Source: Candidatus Zambryskibacteria bacterium RIFCSPHIGHO2_01_FULL_46_25 (GTDB lineage: Bacteria; Patescibacteriota; Minisyncoccia; Phycocordibacterales; Zambryskibacteraceae). Taken from it: 64,000 bases of DNA. The notes beneath the pieces were generated by a model, which was not told the origin of the DNA, made no database searches, and saw only the letters and a program-made list of their open reading frames with translations. Position numbers and translations under genes: made by a program. Below are positions 8,346-17,087 of this stretch, piece after piece. The stretch covers positions 70,413 through 134,412 of the forward strand of contig MHVH01000005.1 of NCBI GenBank assembly GCA_001825155.1, written 5' to 3'. Each line of letters opens with the position of its first letter. Within the stretch, counting starts at the first letter, position 1.

Positions 8346-8525
8346 TGAAAAAGCCCCGCGACAAGCAGCGAGGCCTTGTGATTTGGGGGTTGTTTCCGGA
8401 GAAGGTCCGGCCGAGTCTATGCCCTTTGTGTGGTTTGTCTTTACCGACAATCTTGTCGGCTAGTTTTCCTTGGGGGGCGGTGAGCTCAGCGTTCGTCTAA
8501 GTCCGGAAACAACCCGTTGCGGAAC
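8346..8525 (-). ncRNA. Candidate 6S-like (SsrS-like) small RNA of ~180 nt
   Basis: On the minus strand: TTGCGC, 17 bp spacer, TGC-TATTGT promoter at ~8532-8560. The 5' and 3' ends pair (GGGUUGUUUCCGGA / UCCGGAAACAACCC). There is an apical 7-bp hairpin, CCGACAA-GA-UUGUCGG, and an asymmetric internal region. An intrinsic terminator (GCCTCGC...GCGGGGC then TTTTT) sits ~60 nt before the gyrB start. Class assignment is inference. Confidence 0.3.
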
Positions 8526-8577
8526 CATTCAACAATAGCACCCGCTCAAAACAAGCGCAACTATTGAAAAGCCTTGT

Positions 8578-9759
8578 TTATACCCTTCTCACTTCCGCTT
8601 CGAATTCTTTCTCGGTGCTGGATTCGAGTTCCGCGTGGACTTTATTCACCTCGTCGTTCGTAAGCGTTTTTTCTAAGTGTCTGTAAGTGATGCGGAAGGT
8701 ATATGAAAGTTTATCCGCGCCGAATTTTTCCGCGTTCTCGTACTTATCCAGGAGTTCGACATTCTCGACCATGTCCTTACCCACTTCTCGTATGAGGTCG
8801 AAGTAGTCGTTGGGAACGAAATCTTTCGGCACGACGAAAGAAATGTCGCGCACCACCGGCGGGAATTTGGATACTTCTTTGTAAATTCGACCGAGTTTAA
8901 GTTGATTCTTAACTCGCGGGTCATCGGACCATAGTAAACGGATATCGGGCAGGTCCATAGAAATCATGGCGAAACGTTCTAACCCCGGACCGAAAGCCCA
9001 TCCGTTCCATTTTGACGAATCGACCCCGAGTTTCTCAAGAACGCTTCCTTTTACAACACCCGCGCCGCCAGTTTCAATCCACTGTCCATTTTTATCTGTT
9101 TCCATTTCGATCGATGGATCGGTGTACGGGAATTTATCCTCATTGAATCGCGTTTTTATATCCTTGCCGAAAACGGCCTTGCCGAAGCCAAGTAATGCAT
9201 TCTGGAGATCCTCCACCGTAAGCTTCTGCTTGTTTTTCGGCGCCAGGTACCAGCCGTCAATTTGATGGAAAACATTCATGTGATGCTTGTCGAGTTCATC
9301 CTTGCGATAAACTTTGCCGAATGAAAAGCAACCTACAGGCTCTCCCGCCGCCATTCGTCGTTTAATGTCTTCATTCTGGAGATAGTAGTACCACATTATC
9401 GTCGTGTGCGTACGCAGGATATGATTGTCATCAACGTAATATGTATCCGATTTCGATCTGACGGGGTGATCTGCCGGGAAGTCGAATAAATCGAATGTAA
9501 TCTCCGTAGAAACAATTTCGGGCACTTCGATTATGTCGAAACCTTTGAATTCCGTCGCGGCTAAAACTCTCTGAACTATTTCATGTATAGGGTTTCCGAC
9601 AGTCCGCGAGAGGTCTGGCATAGCCAAATAGCGCTTAATCCTCTCTGCTTCGGCGTCATGCCTCAGCTCAAGCTTCGTCTTAAGCTCCTTTTCTTCCGGT
9701 GATTCTATCTTGATATTCATAGCGGAATTATACGATAAAGCTTGAAAATGTCTAAACAT
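8578..9759 (-). CDS. Single-chain (mitochondrial-type, FARS2-like) phenylalanine--tRNA ligase: PheS catalytic core fused to a C-terminal FDX-ACB anticodon-binding domain
   Basis: Class II aaRS motifs are present (HPVRSKSDTYY, RTHTT, FGKVYRKDELDKHHMNVFHQIDG, GWAFGPGLERFAM). The C-terminus reads ...DISFVVPKDF...YFDLIREVGKDMVENVELLDKY...FRITYRHLEKTLTNDEVNKVHAEL, matching the FARS2 FDX-ACB domain almost motif for motif. An alternative start is MNIKIE at 9720. Confidence 0.8.
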   Translation of the reverse strand: MFRHFQALSYNSAMNIKIESPEEKELKTKLELRHDAEAERIKRYLAMPDLSRTVGNPIHEIVQRVLAATEFKGFDIIEVPEIVSTEITFDLFDFPADHPVRSKSDTYYVDDNHILRTHTTIMWYYYLQNEDIKRRMAAGEPVGCFSFGKVYRKDELDKHHMNVFHQIDGWYLAPKNKQKLTVEDLQNALLGFGKAVFGKDIKTRFNEDKFPYTDPSIEMETDKNGQWIETGGAGVVKGSVLEKLGVDSSKWNGWAFGPGLERFAMISMDLPDIRLLWSDDPRVKNQLKLGRIYKEVSKFPPVVRDISFVVPKDFVPNDYFDLIREVGKDMVENVELLDKYENAEKFGADKLSYTFRITYRHLEKTLTNDEVNKVHAELESSTEKEFEAEVRRV

Positions 9760-9785
9760 CCGTCTATACTGTGAAGAACTAAGCC

Positions 9786-11033
9786 ATGCCAGACATACAG
9801 GCTATTATTCTATATTGCTCACTCTTCGTATCCTTGTTTTTCGAAGTATTTCTTCTCATCACTTATATCGAAGTGAGGGGTGAGATTAAGGAGGAGGAGA
9901 AGCGGGACTTAAGGGGTATTACGGTATTTCCAAGCACTACTATCATAGTCCCTTGCTACAACGAGGAGAAGACGGTAGCGGCTACGGTCAAATCTATTTT
10001 GAACCTCGATTATCCCAAGGATAAGCTCTCCCTAATTCTTGTTGACGACGGCTCAAGGGACGGGACTCTGGCGGCTTTGCGGAAGTTCAAAAATCATCCA
10101 CAAGTAAAAATTCTTGCGAAAGAAAATGGCGGTAAGCACACAGCCGTAAACATGGCCTTGCAATCGGTTACGACTGACCTCGTCGGCTGCCTCGACGCGG
10201 ACTCCTTCGTAACTCCGGAGGCATTGAGGAAAATTATCCCCTACTTCGATGATCTTACTACTATGGCTGTCACTCCAGCCATCAAGATTCACGAACCATT
10301 GGGTGTGCTGCAACATATTCAAAATGTCGAATACAGCTGGTCGATTTTTCTGAGGAAAATGCTCTCAATGCTCGGCGCTCTCTACGTCACTCCGGGACCG
10401 TTCTCTATTTTCCGAACAAGAGTTTTCCGTGAGCTCGGCGATTACAAGAAGGCGCATATGACCGAGGATATGGAGATGGCTATGCGCATGCAGAAGCATC
10501 ATTACAAAATCGTCAATTCCCACGGCGCCCACGTTTATACCGTGGCACCAAGGACCCTCAAGGGACTCGTCAAACAGCGTACCCGCTGGTCGTACGGTTT
10601 CCTCAACAATGCCATCGACTACAAGGCACTCTTCTTCAACAGGAAATATGGGCACTTCGGCATGTTCATTATGCCAATTGCCACCCTCTCTCTCTTCACC
10701 TCCTTTGTCATGGTTGGGCGCATTGTGTCATCGGCGGGTTCGAGTCTGCTACACAGCTACACTCGTTTCCGTGCCATTGGCTTCGCCGGAGAATTCCACC
10801 TCCCTCCTCTCGACTGGTACTTCATCAACACAGGTGTGTTACCTATAGTGGTCATAACGGCCCTTAGCCTGACTTTCATTATCCTCTTCCTGTCTATCAG
10901 GCTTGCCGAAGGGCGCTTCAGATTCTCCAAAGGTCTTTTCTACTACCTTTTTCTCTACGCTTTCATGGCCCCCCTGTGGCTTACCCAAGCCATCTTTAAC
11001 ACGGTGTTTAAGCGTAAAGTATCTTGGCGCTAA
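9786..11033 (+). CDS. Processive family-2 glycosyltransferase (CesA/NodC/PgaC-like, membrane-embedded)
   Basis: 415 aa with a GT-A fold (VPCYNEE, DDGSRDGT, DADS). It carries a Q(Q/R)xRW motif (QRTRWSYG) and flanking TM helices. Confidence 0.8.
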   Translation: MPDIQAIILYCSLFVSLFFEVFLLITYIEVRGEIKEEEKRDLRGITVFPSTTIIVPCYNEEKTVAATVKSILNLDYPKDKLSLILVDDGSRDGTLAALRKFKNHPQVKILAKENGGKHTAVNMALQSVTTDLVGCLDADSFVTPEALRKIIPYFDDLTTMAVTPAIKIHEPLGVLQHIQNVEYSWSIFLRKMLSMLGALYVTPGPFSIFRTRVFRELGDYKKAHMTEDMEMAMRMQKHHYKIVNSHGAHVYTVAPRTLKGLVKQRTRWSYGFLNNAIDYKALFFNRKYGHFGMFIMPIATLSLFTSFVMVGRIVSSAGSSLLHSYTRFRAIGFAGEFHLPPLDWYFINTGVLPIVVITALSLTFIILFLSIRLAEGRFRFSKGLFYYLFLYAFMAPLWLTQAIFNTVFKRKVSWR

Positions 11034-11717
11034 ATGCTTGATTCCAGGAAATACCTTGTAGCTTTCCTCATAACTGCCGCTATCTTCGGCACGGCTGTTT
11101 TCGCAAGCAATAAACTCACGGGCAAGAAGCTTGAGGATGTCCGGGACATCGAGAGTCGAGTCGCCCTCGATATCCTCTCCTCGGAGACACAATTTGCCTT
11201 ACTTGCGGAGACGTCTTGTCGCGATATCGGACCCGGTTTTCTCTCCAAAGAACTTGGTCCTTTAGGTGAGCGCCTCTCCTATGCGGAGAATCAGACAGGC
11301 TTCGACGAGGCCGACATCGAGAGCCTCAAACGCTCTTATTTCCTCCTTGAGATTAAGGATTATCTTCTCATGAAGCGTCTTACGGAGAAGTGTAATATTA
11401 AGCCAACCTTCATTCTATACTTCTACTCTTCCGACAGAGACCGTTGCGAGGACTGCGAGAGAATGGGCTACGTGCTCACCGCCCTGCGCGACAAATACCC
11501 GGATCTCCGCGTATATTCCTTCGATTATCACAACGACCTTGGCGCCATCAAAACTCTTACTTCAATATACAAAGTTCGGGACGAACTCCCTGCTCTCATC
11601 ATCAACGGCACGCCTTATTATGGTTTCAAAACCGTTGAGGAGCTAGAGCAGAATGTTCCCGCCCTCAGGCTCCTCAAGAGCACCACAACAGCCGCAACCT
11701 CCACGCCAACAAGATAG
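11034..11717 (+). CDS. Membrane-anchored thioredoxin-fold protein with a CxxC motif (CEDC)
   Basis: Its start abuts the GT2 stop (TAA then ATG at 11034, no gap). It has an N-terminal TM, and the C-terminal region has thioredoxin-like spacing around CEDC. Inference. Confidence 0.4.
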   Translation: MLDSRKYLVAFLITAAIFGTAVFASNKLTGKKLEDVRDIESRVALDILSSETQFALLAETSCRDIGPGFLSKELGPLGERLSYAENQTGFDEADIESLKRSYFLLEIKDYLLMKRLTEKCNIKPTFILYFYSSDRDRCEDCERMGYVLTALRDKYPDLRVYSFDYHNDLGAIKTLTSIYKVRDELPALIINGTPYYGFKTVEELEQNVPALRLLKSTTTAATSTPTR

Positions 11718-11719
11718 AC

Positions 11720-12157
11720 TTACTTACCTATTATCGTTCGATTCTTGATGTATTTATCCATTCTCCATTTCCGGCCCTTTCCTCGGTTTAGATTTTTATA
11801 AAAAGGCGTGAGAGCGTGGCAATTCGGGCAGATTAATCTAAGATTCTCCTCTTTGTTGTTTTCAGAATTCCCATCCACATGATCAATCTCTAGCGGCACG
11901 ACTCCTGTGGTGGGGTGTTTCTCATTCCATCCACAAACACAGCATTTGTTGTTAAACTTTTTAACCAAGTAGATTTTTAAGTGTTTAGAAAAGTTTCTTG
12001 CGGTTATACCAATATTTCCATCTACCTCTCCTTTCTGCCAAGCACTTACCCATTTTAAATGCTGGTAATTCATTTGGCATTTAATGGAGCAAAATTTTAT
12101 GCGGTGGCGTTTTACAAGAAGAATGTTGCAACCCAAGCAAAATCTCTTTGCTTTCAT
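11720..12157 (-). CDS. HNH endonuclease with an N-terminal zinc ribbon
   Basis: 145 aa with a CxxC...CxxxC ribbon. It has an HNH core, EIDHVDGNSENNKEENLRLICPNCH. It is AT-rich (~35% GC) and sits directly downstream of tRNA-Thr. Confidence 0.75.
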   Translation of the reverse strand: MKAKRFCLGCNILLVKRHRIKFCSIKCQMNYQHLKWVSAWQKGEVDGNIGITARNFSKHLKIYLVKKFNNKCCVCGWNEKHPTTGVVPLEIDHVDGNSENNKEENLRLICPNCHALTPFYKNLNRGKGRKWRMDKYIKNRTIIGK

Positions 12158-12211
12158 AATAAAATTATATCACTATGTGGTGGTATATGGTGGTATACTT
12201 TCTGGTTATTG

Positions 12212-12284
12212 GGAATACGGGAGCCGAGGACAGGATTTGAACCTGCGACCGGCCGATTACAAATCGGCTGCTCTACCAACTGAG
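12212..12284 (-). tRNA. tRNA-Thr (anticodon TGT)
   Basis: Minus-strand sequence GCCGAGGTAGCTCAGTTGGTAGAGCAGCCGATTTGTAATCGGCCGGTCGCAGGTTCAAATCCTGTCCTCGGCT. The acceptor, D, anticodon (loop TTTGTAA) and T arms all fold. CCA is not encoded. Confidence 0.8.
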
Positions 12285-12314
12285 CTACCTCGGCAATGCT
12301 AATAGTTTACCTTT

Positions 12315-12800
12315 TTATTCTGTCTCTACAAATTGCTCCACTTTTAGTTTTTTCCCTACTGGTTTTCGCACCTGTTTCGGCTTCGGTACAATTGGTGGTT
12401 CCGCTTGTATATAAATATCTTCGTTAATCTCTCCATTACCCTTCTCCACTTCCGACATTGATTTGAAAAATTCCGATATCCCGTCCTGCTTTTTGAGCAA
12501 GTGCGAGTCGCGAAGGCGCTCAAGGTGTTTCTGCATGTTCTCTTCAAATCGCGCCAGCGTTTTATTGACAGAGCTTTTTGAATATCTCGGCAACTGCTTC
12601 ATGACGAAGAAGTGAGCTCTCTCTTTGCCGAGGGAGTAAAGTCGCACCGCTTCGTGATGGAGCTCGCGGCTTCGCTCTTCGCCCCTAGAAATCCATTTGA
12701 GAAGAAAAATGTTCGACTTCCTTCTCTCCTCCATGCGCTTAGTAAGCATAAGTATTACCAACACAAGACCTGAAATGAAGAAGATGTATGGAAGGACCAT
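12315..12800 (-). CDS. Hypothetical protein with an N-terminal TM and a charged C-terminal region
   Basis: ORF only. No family recognised. Confidence 0.4.
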   Translation of the reverse strand: MVLPYIFFISGLVLVILMLTKRMEERRKSNIFLLKWISRGEERSRELHHEAVRLYSLGKERAHFFVMKQLPRYSKSSVNKTLARFEENMQKHLERLRDSHLLKKQDGISEFFKSMSEVEKGNGEINEDIYIQAEPPIVPKPKQVRKPVGKKLKVEQFVETE

Positions 12801-12806
12801 AGTGAT

Positions 12807-13262
12807 CTATTTTACCGAATATCGAGCAAATCTGCCCAACTCCGTGCGTTCTCCGAACTTTTGTACCGTACCATTCACGAGGTCCGCGATAGTTCTTGAA
12901 GAGTCTTTGATAAAAGGCTGTAGGAGTAACTCCTCGCTCGTATCCGGATTCATGGCTGCTATGTGCATGGCAATATCCTTGGCTACCGCCTTGAATTCCG
13001 GATTCTTTGCCACAAAATCTGTTTCGCACATAAGCTCGAGAATGACGCCAACCGTGTCTCCGGCGTGAATATAGGCGGCGACGCAGCCTGCTCCGAGGTT
13101 CCTATCCCCTTTCTTCAAAGCGATACCGGAAGCATTCTTCTTTAAAATTTCAATGGCCTTAGTTTTATCACCATCGGCTTCTTCGAGCGCGAAGCGGCAC
13201 TGCGCTATGGAGAGTCCGGTCTCTTCTCTAAGCTGTTTGATTTGTTCCGTTGTTACTGTCAT
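12807..13262 (-). CDS. tsf: Elongation factor Ts (short form)
   Basis: An N-terminal UBA-like segment (TEQIKQLREETGLSIAQCRFALEEADGD) plus an EF-Ts core. It sits directly downstream of rpsB. Confidence 0.8.
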   Translation of the reverse strand: MTVTTEQIKQLREETGLSIAQCRFALEEADGDKTKAIEILKKNASGIALKKGDRNLGAGCVAAYIHAGDTVGVILELMCETDFVAKNPEFKAVAKDIAMHIAAMNPDTSEELLLQPFIKDSSRTIADLVNGTVQKFGERTELGRFARYSVK

Positions 13263-13983
13263 TTTGTTCTTTTTGTTCTTTGCCTTTATTGTAAGATTTT
13301 ACCATTTCATTCAATACGTACGCGATGCTCTGCCTCGATGCATCGTTGCCCGGTATGGCGTAGTCCAGTTCAAAGAGATTGGTATCGGAGCCGGCCAGAC
13401 CGACGACGGGCACGCGGATTTTCTTCGCTTCCGCCACGGCGATATTTTCTTTCTTCGGGTCTATGACAATAAGGAATTTCGGCAGTGATTTCAGGTTTGA
13501 AAGTCCGGCGAAGTAGAGTTCGAGCTTGGCGATTTCTCGGTCGATGAGCAGGCGCTCCTTCTTGGTATATTTGGAAAGTTCGCCCTTCTCTCTTTGCGAA
13601 GTTAATTCTTCGAGTCTAGCGATACGCTTCTTGATTTCCGGGAAGTTGGTAAGGGTACCGCCAATCCAGCGACCGGCTACATACGGCATTTCGAGTTCTC
13701 GGCCAGCCTTCTCTATGGCCTCGCGAGCCTCAGATTTGCCGCCCACAAAGAGGCCCATGGCGCCGAGCTTCCCCTGGCTTTCGACGAAAGAGAGTGCTTT
13801 CGCAAGTTCTTTAGAAGTCTTCTCAAGGTCGAAAATCTCTATATTACTCTTGGCGCCGAAGATGAAAGGTTTGGCCGAAGGGTGTCGGCGAGCCTTAACG
13901 AAGCCGAAGTGCGCTCCAACGGAAAAAAGAGCGTCCACAACGCTTTTTGTTCCCGTGTCTTTATCCGAATTTTTAACAATCAT
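13228..13983 (-). CDS. rpsB: 30S ribosomal protein S2
   Basis: 251 aa with conserved S2 blocks (FGAHFGF, GRWIGGTLTNF, VPVVGLAGSDTN). Confidence 0.9.
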   Translation of the reverse strand: MIVKNSDKDTGTKSVVDALFSVGAHFGFVKARRHPSAKPFIFGAKSNIEIFDLEKTSKELAKALSFVESQGKLGAMGLFVGGKSEAREAIEKAGRELEMPYVAGRWIGGTLTNFPEIKKRIARLEELTSQREKGELSKYTKKERLLIDREIAKLELYFAGLSNLKSLPKFLIVIDPKKENIAVAEAKKIRVPVVGLAGSDTNLFELDYAIPGNDASRQSIAYVLNEMVKSYNKGKEQKEQNDSNNGTNQTA

Positions 13984-14004
13984 CAGAGCGATACTTTAAC
14001 AAAT

Positions 14005-14877
14005 TTAGTCCACGGAGGCAAATTCCCGGAGTATGGGCTCCATTTCCCCCTTCATTATTTTCTCTATATTGTGCCAGCTTTTCTTGATGCGGTGGTCGGT
14101 GATGCGGTCTTGGAGAATGTTGTAGGTGCGGATTTTTTCCGAGCGGTCCGCGGTGCCTATCTGACTTTTCCTGTTCGCGGAGTACTTGGCCGCCTCCTCC
14201 TCTTCCTTGAGCCGTTCAAGTTTGGCGGTAAGGATGGTCATGGCTCTTTCCCTGTTCTTAAGCTGGCTTCTCTCCGCGGTAGAGCGCACGTCTATGCCCG
14301 TCGGTTTATGGATAATGCGCACGGCGGTTTCCACTTTGTTCACATTTTGCCCGCCGGCGCCGCCTGAGCGGGATGTTTCTATCTCGAGGTCTGTTGGTTT
14401 TATTTCAACAGTGGTTTTCTTCCTCACCGGCAAGATAGCAACGGAAGCGGTTGAAGTATGGACCCGGCCCATCTTCTCGGTATTCGGCACTCGCTGGACG
14501 CGATGCACGCCGGTCTCGAATCGGAGCTTCTTGTAAACATCCTTGCCGCGAATCTCAAACGCCGCTTCCTTGTAGCCACCCAAAGGGCTTTCGGATGTAT
14601 ACAGAGGCGACACGCCCCATTTTTGGAATCCGGCATACAAGGTATACATTTCGGCGAGTTCCTGAGCGAAGAGAGCCGCCTCTTCTCCTCCGGCGCCCGC
14701 CCGAACCTCGAGGATTACTTCGTTCGGAAACGTTTCGTCGGAGCTTTCCGGTACGGCAAGAAGAATCCTATCCATCTCGGAGAGAATGAGCTGTTTCGAT
14801 TCTTCGTCCTGCAATTCCAAATACGTCTTTGCCATGTAGGCTGTCTTTGGGTTACTTTTATATTTTTCGATATCCAT
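14005..14877 (-). CDS. prfA: Peptide chain release factor 1-like, N-terminally short, with a PNT tripeptide
   Basis: GGQ motif ([19 protein letters not shown]). An RF1-type C-terminus ([24 protein letters not shown]). The codon-recognition segment reads [17 protein letters not shown]. At 290 aa it lacks most of domain 1. Confidence 0.75.
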   Translation of the reverse strand: MDIEKYKSNPKTAYMAKTYLELQDEESKQLILSEMDRILLAVPESSDETFPNEVILEVRAGAGGEEAALFAQELAEMYTLYAGFQKWGVSPLYTSESPLGGYKEAAFEIRGKDVYKKLRFETGVHRVQRVPNTEKMGRVHTSTASVAILPVRKKTTVEIKPTDLEIETSRSGGAGGQNVNKVETAVRIIHKPTGIDVRSTAERSQLKNRERAMTILTAKLERLKEEEEAAKYSANRKSQIGTADRSEKIRTYNILQDRITDHRIKKSWHNIEKIMKGEMEPILREFASVD

Positions 14878-14959
14878 AGAGTTAAATCCTAAGAACCAAA
14901 TCCTAAATCCTAAAAATAGGATTTAGATATTAGGATTTGGAATTTGCAAAAAGCTGTAG

Positions 14960-15223
14960 TTACTTCTTGCTTTTTGCCTTTGCTTGTCTAAGCTTGAAGC
15001 GTTCTACGCGACCGGCGGTGTCGAGAACCTTGTCCTGTCCGGTGTAGAAAGGATGCGTGGCGGAAGAGATTTCCACGCGGAAGACCGGATACTCTTTCTT
15101 ATCCGCTTTGGACTTGCCCGTCTCGGTGGTCTTCACCGTCGAAGGAATGATAAATTCCGTCCCATCGGAGTTGTCTATGAAAAGCACGGGGCGATAATTG
15201 TCCGGGTGTATCTCCTTTTTCAT
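14960..15223 (-). CDS. rpmE: 50S ribosomal protein L31
   Basis: [17 protein letters not shown]...HPFYTG. Confidence 0.85.
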   Translation of the reverse strand: MKKEIHPDNYRPVLFIDNSDGTEFIIPSTVKTTETGKSKADKKEYPVFRVEISSATHPFYTGQDKVLDTAGRVERFKLRQAKAKSKK

Positions 15224-15234
15224 GATGCGAATTG

Positions 15235-15633
15235 TTACGAATTTGATCGAATGACGCGAATAGGTTTCAGGTATTTATTTCGAAAATTGGCGATAATGCC
15301 AAGTTTTAGTTTCCCGGCTACCAAGTACCTTTGAGTCTGGATATAATCCAACTTACTTATCAAAGGCTTTGCTTTCAGCTCGATCAACAACTGGTTATTT
15401 ATAACAAAATCCGCCTTATTTGTAAAGCGATTGTCGATATTCTCTAGTGGTAGCGGACTTTCACGCTTGTATGAAATATCTGACTCTATGAGTAATTGTT
15501 CCAGAGCTTCGGCATATTGTTTCTCTTTACAATAGCGTCCAAGAGAATTGTGAATCTCAAAAAGCAAGCCAGTTATTTTATACGAAAGCTCCGGATAAAT
15601 AACTTTCTCGGATACTTTTACATTAGATGCCAT
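15235..15633 (-). CDS. GxxExxY-family protein (PD-(D/E)xK nuclease fold)
   Basis: [13 protein letters not shown]...[19 protein letters not shown]...[15 protein letters not shown] matches the family's blocks (IIGxAIEVHKxLG / YEEAL / DLLVEDKVILELK). Confidence 0.65.
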   Translation of the reverse strand: MASNVKVSEKVIYPELSYKITGLLFEIHNSLGRYCKEKQYAEALEQLLIESDISYKRESPLPLENIDNRFTNKADFVINNQLLIELKAKPLISKLDYIQTQRYLVAGKLKLGIIANFRNKYLKPIRVIRSNS

Positions 15634-15672
15634 TTCATTCGTATCATTCGATCATATTCGCCAATATTCGTG

Positions 15673-17076
15673 TTACAGATTCTGCAACGGGTCGATCTTG
15701 TCTCTTTGAATACTCTCGGCTATGGACATGACATTTACTCCATAACTTAAACCAGGACCGGCTTTGCCGTTGACATAGCAAGTTCGGCCAGAATTATATT
15801 TGCACGCGGCCGTGCGTTCATTGGTCCAATCTTGAGTGCCCGCCCCCAATTCGCTCAGATAAAGTGCCATGGCGGTAATCGCGTGCTCCGGGTTCCAAGG
15901 GTCCGGAGTTCGTATGTTCAGCGCGTTAGAAATTCTGGATTTAAACAATTCCCAAGTCGTTGGTATGAATTGCGCCGGACCCATAGCACCACCCCATCCG
16001 GCTACTTGAGGGCAAGAAAGAGGTACTCCTTCTGGGCTTGAATACCTGTCAATCTCACTTATGATTCTAACAAAGGCAGATTGGTCATCGCGATACGAGC
16101 ATGGACTATTCGGACCGTTACAAGTTTTACCGTTCTTAAGATAATTGCTGTAGTGAAGAGGTCCAGGCATGATATCTTGCCATTTTTTAACATCTTGCGG
16201 TCTATTACATCTCCCCACATTTGCGCCAAGTTTAGATTCATATTGTAGAATAGCCAGTATGAAAGCTGGTCTGACTCCTGTTTTTGCGCTGGCGATTTCG
16301 GCGTATTTGAGAGCATCACCGAATTCAATAGGCCTGATGTCGAGAAGTTGAAAGAGTTCCGCCCTGATCTTTGCGGCTTTGACTTGCCTATCGGTAACGA
16401 CCTGCTCGTAAGTTTTCTTGTTAGCATCATTGATAGCCAAAAGAGTTTTTTTCTCCGCATTGACTACCTCCACCTCCTTTTTGGCCGCCTCCATAGCGGC
16501 TTTGGCGGCCGCTTCCGCTTCGCGCTTCTTGGCTAAAGCGGCTTTCTCGGATTCGGTGAGCTTCTTTACCGTGCGGAGCTCGGCGAAGAGTTCCGAGAGA
16601 GCATCTTCGGTCGAAGCGTAAGTATCCATGTCAACGAAAAATTCCGAGAGATTTTTATCCGAAAGCACGGCTTCGACAAGCGAATAAGAATTGATGTCAT
16701 TGGTCTTTCTCAAAATATCGGCAATAGCGGCGCGGCCACGGCCGATGCGAGTGTCGAGCACGTTAATCTGGGACTGTTTGACAGCGATATCTTTTGTTAA
16801 AAGAGTAATTTGATTGTTCTTGCTTCTAATGTTGGCTTGTGCGGTATTAATTTTGGCTGTCAAAAATGCGATATCACTGGCAAAACCGGCTCCCAAACCC
16901 CTTAATCTATCCACCTCCTTCTGAGCCTCACTTGCTTCTTGTACTAATTTATCGAGTTCGGCGCACGCCACTGGCTCGCGTGCTCGCACATCGTTCGGAC
17001 AAGTTGCTGACTGCGCCGAGACAATGGTCGGCGACAACGATAAAACAAATATTAAATATGAGAGGAACTTGTGCAT
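15673..17076 (-). CDS. Secreted coiled-coil protein with a C-terminal lytic transglycosylase (SLT/GEWL-like) domain
   Basis: A signal peptide, then ~250 aa of coiled coil. An SLT signature follows (ILQYESKLG...GPAQFIPTTW). Confidence 0.65.
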   Translation of the reverse strand: MHKFLSYLIFVLSLSPTIVSAQSATCPNDVRAREPVACAELDKLVQEASEAQKEVDRLRGLGAGFASDIAFLTAKINTAQANIRSKNNQITLLTKDIAVKQSQINVLDTRIGRGRAAIADILRKTNDINSYSLVEAVLSDKNLSEFFVDMDTYASTEDALSELFAELRTVKKLTESEKAALAKKREAEAAAKAAMEAAKKEVEVVNAEKKTLLAINDANKKTYEQVVTDRQVKAAKIRAELFQLLDIRPIEFGDALKYAEIASAKTGVRPAFILAILQYESKLGANVGRCNRPQDVKKWQDIMPGPLHYSNYLKNGKTCNGPNSPCSYRDDQSAFVRIISEIDRYSSPEGVPLSCPQVAGWGGAMGPAQFIPTTWELFKSRISNALNIRTPDPWNPEHAITAMALYLSELGAGTQDWTNERTAACKYNSGRTCYVNGKAGPGLSYGVNVMSIAESIQRDKIDPLQNL

Positions 17077-17087
17077 GAGAGATAAAC

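Noticed and set aside
8290-8364. N-terminal 25-codon extension of gyrB in the ORF track
   Set aside because: It has no homology to GyrB N-termini. MAEKKSKTSSY at 8289 aligns with the usual GyrB start, and a promoter lies just upstream.
14880-14956. Large AT-rich inverted repeat (CCAAATCCTAAATCCTAA...TTAGGATTTAGATATTAGGATTTGG) between rpmE and prfA
   Set aside because: It is probably an operator/attenuator or low-complexity AT repeat. It occurs once and has no T-tract, so it is not reported as a feature.
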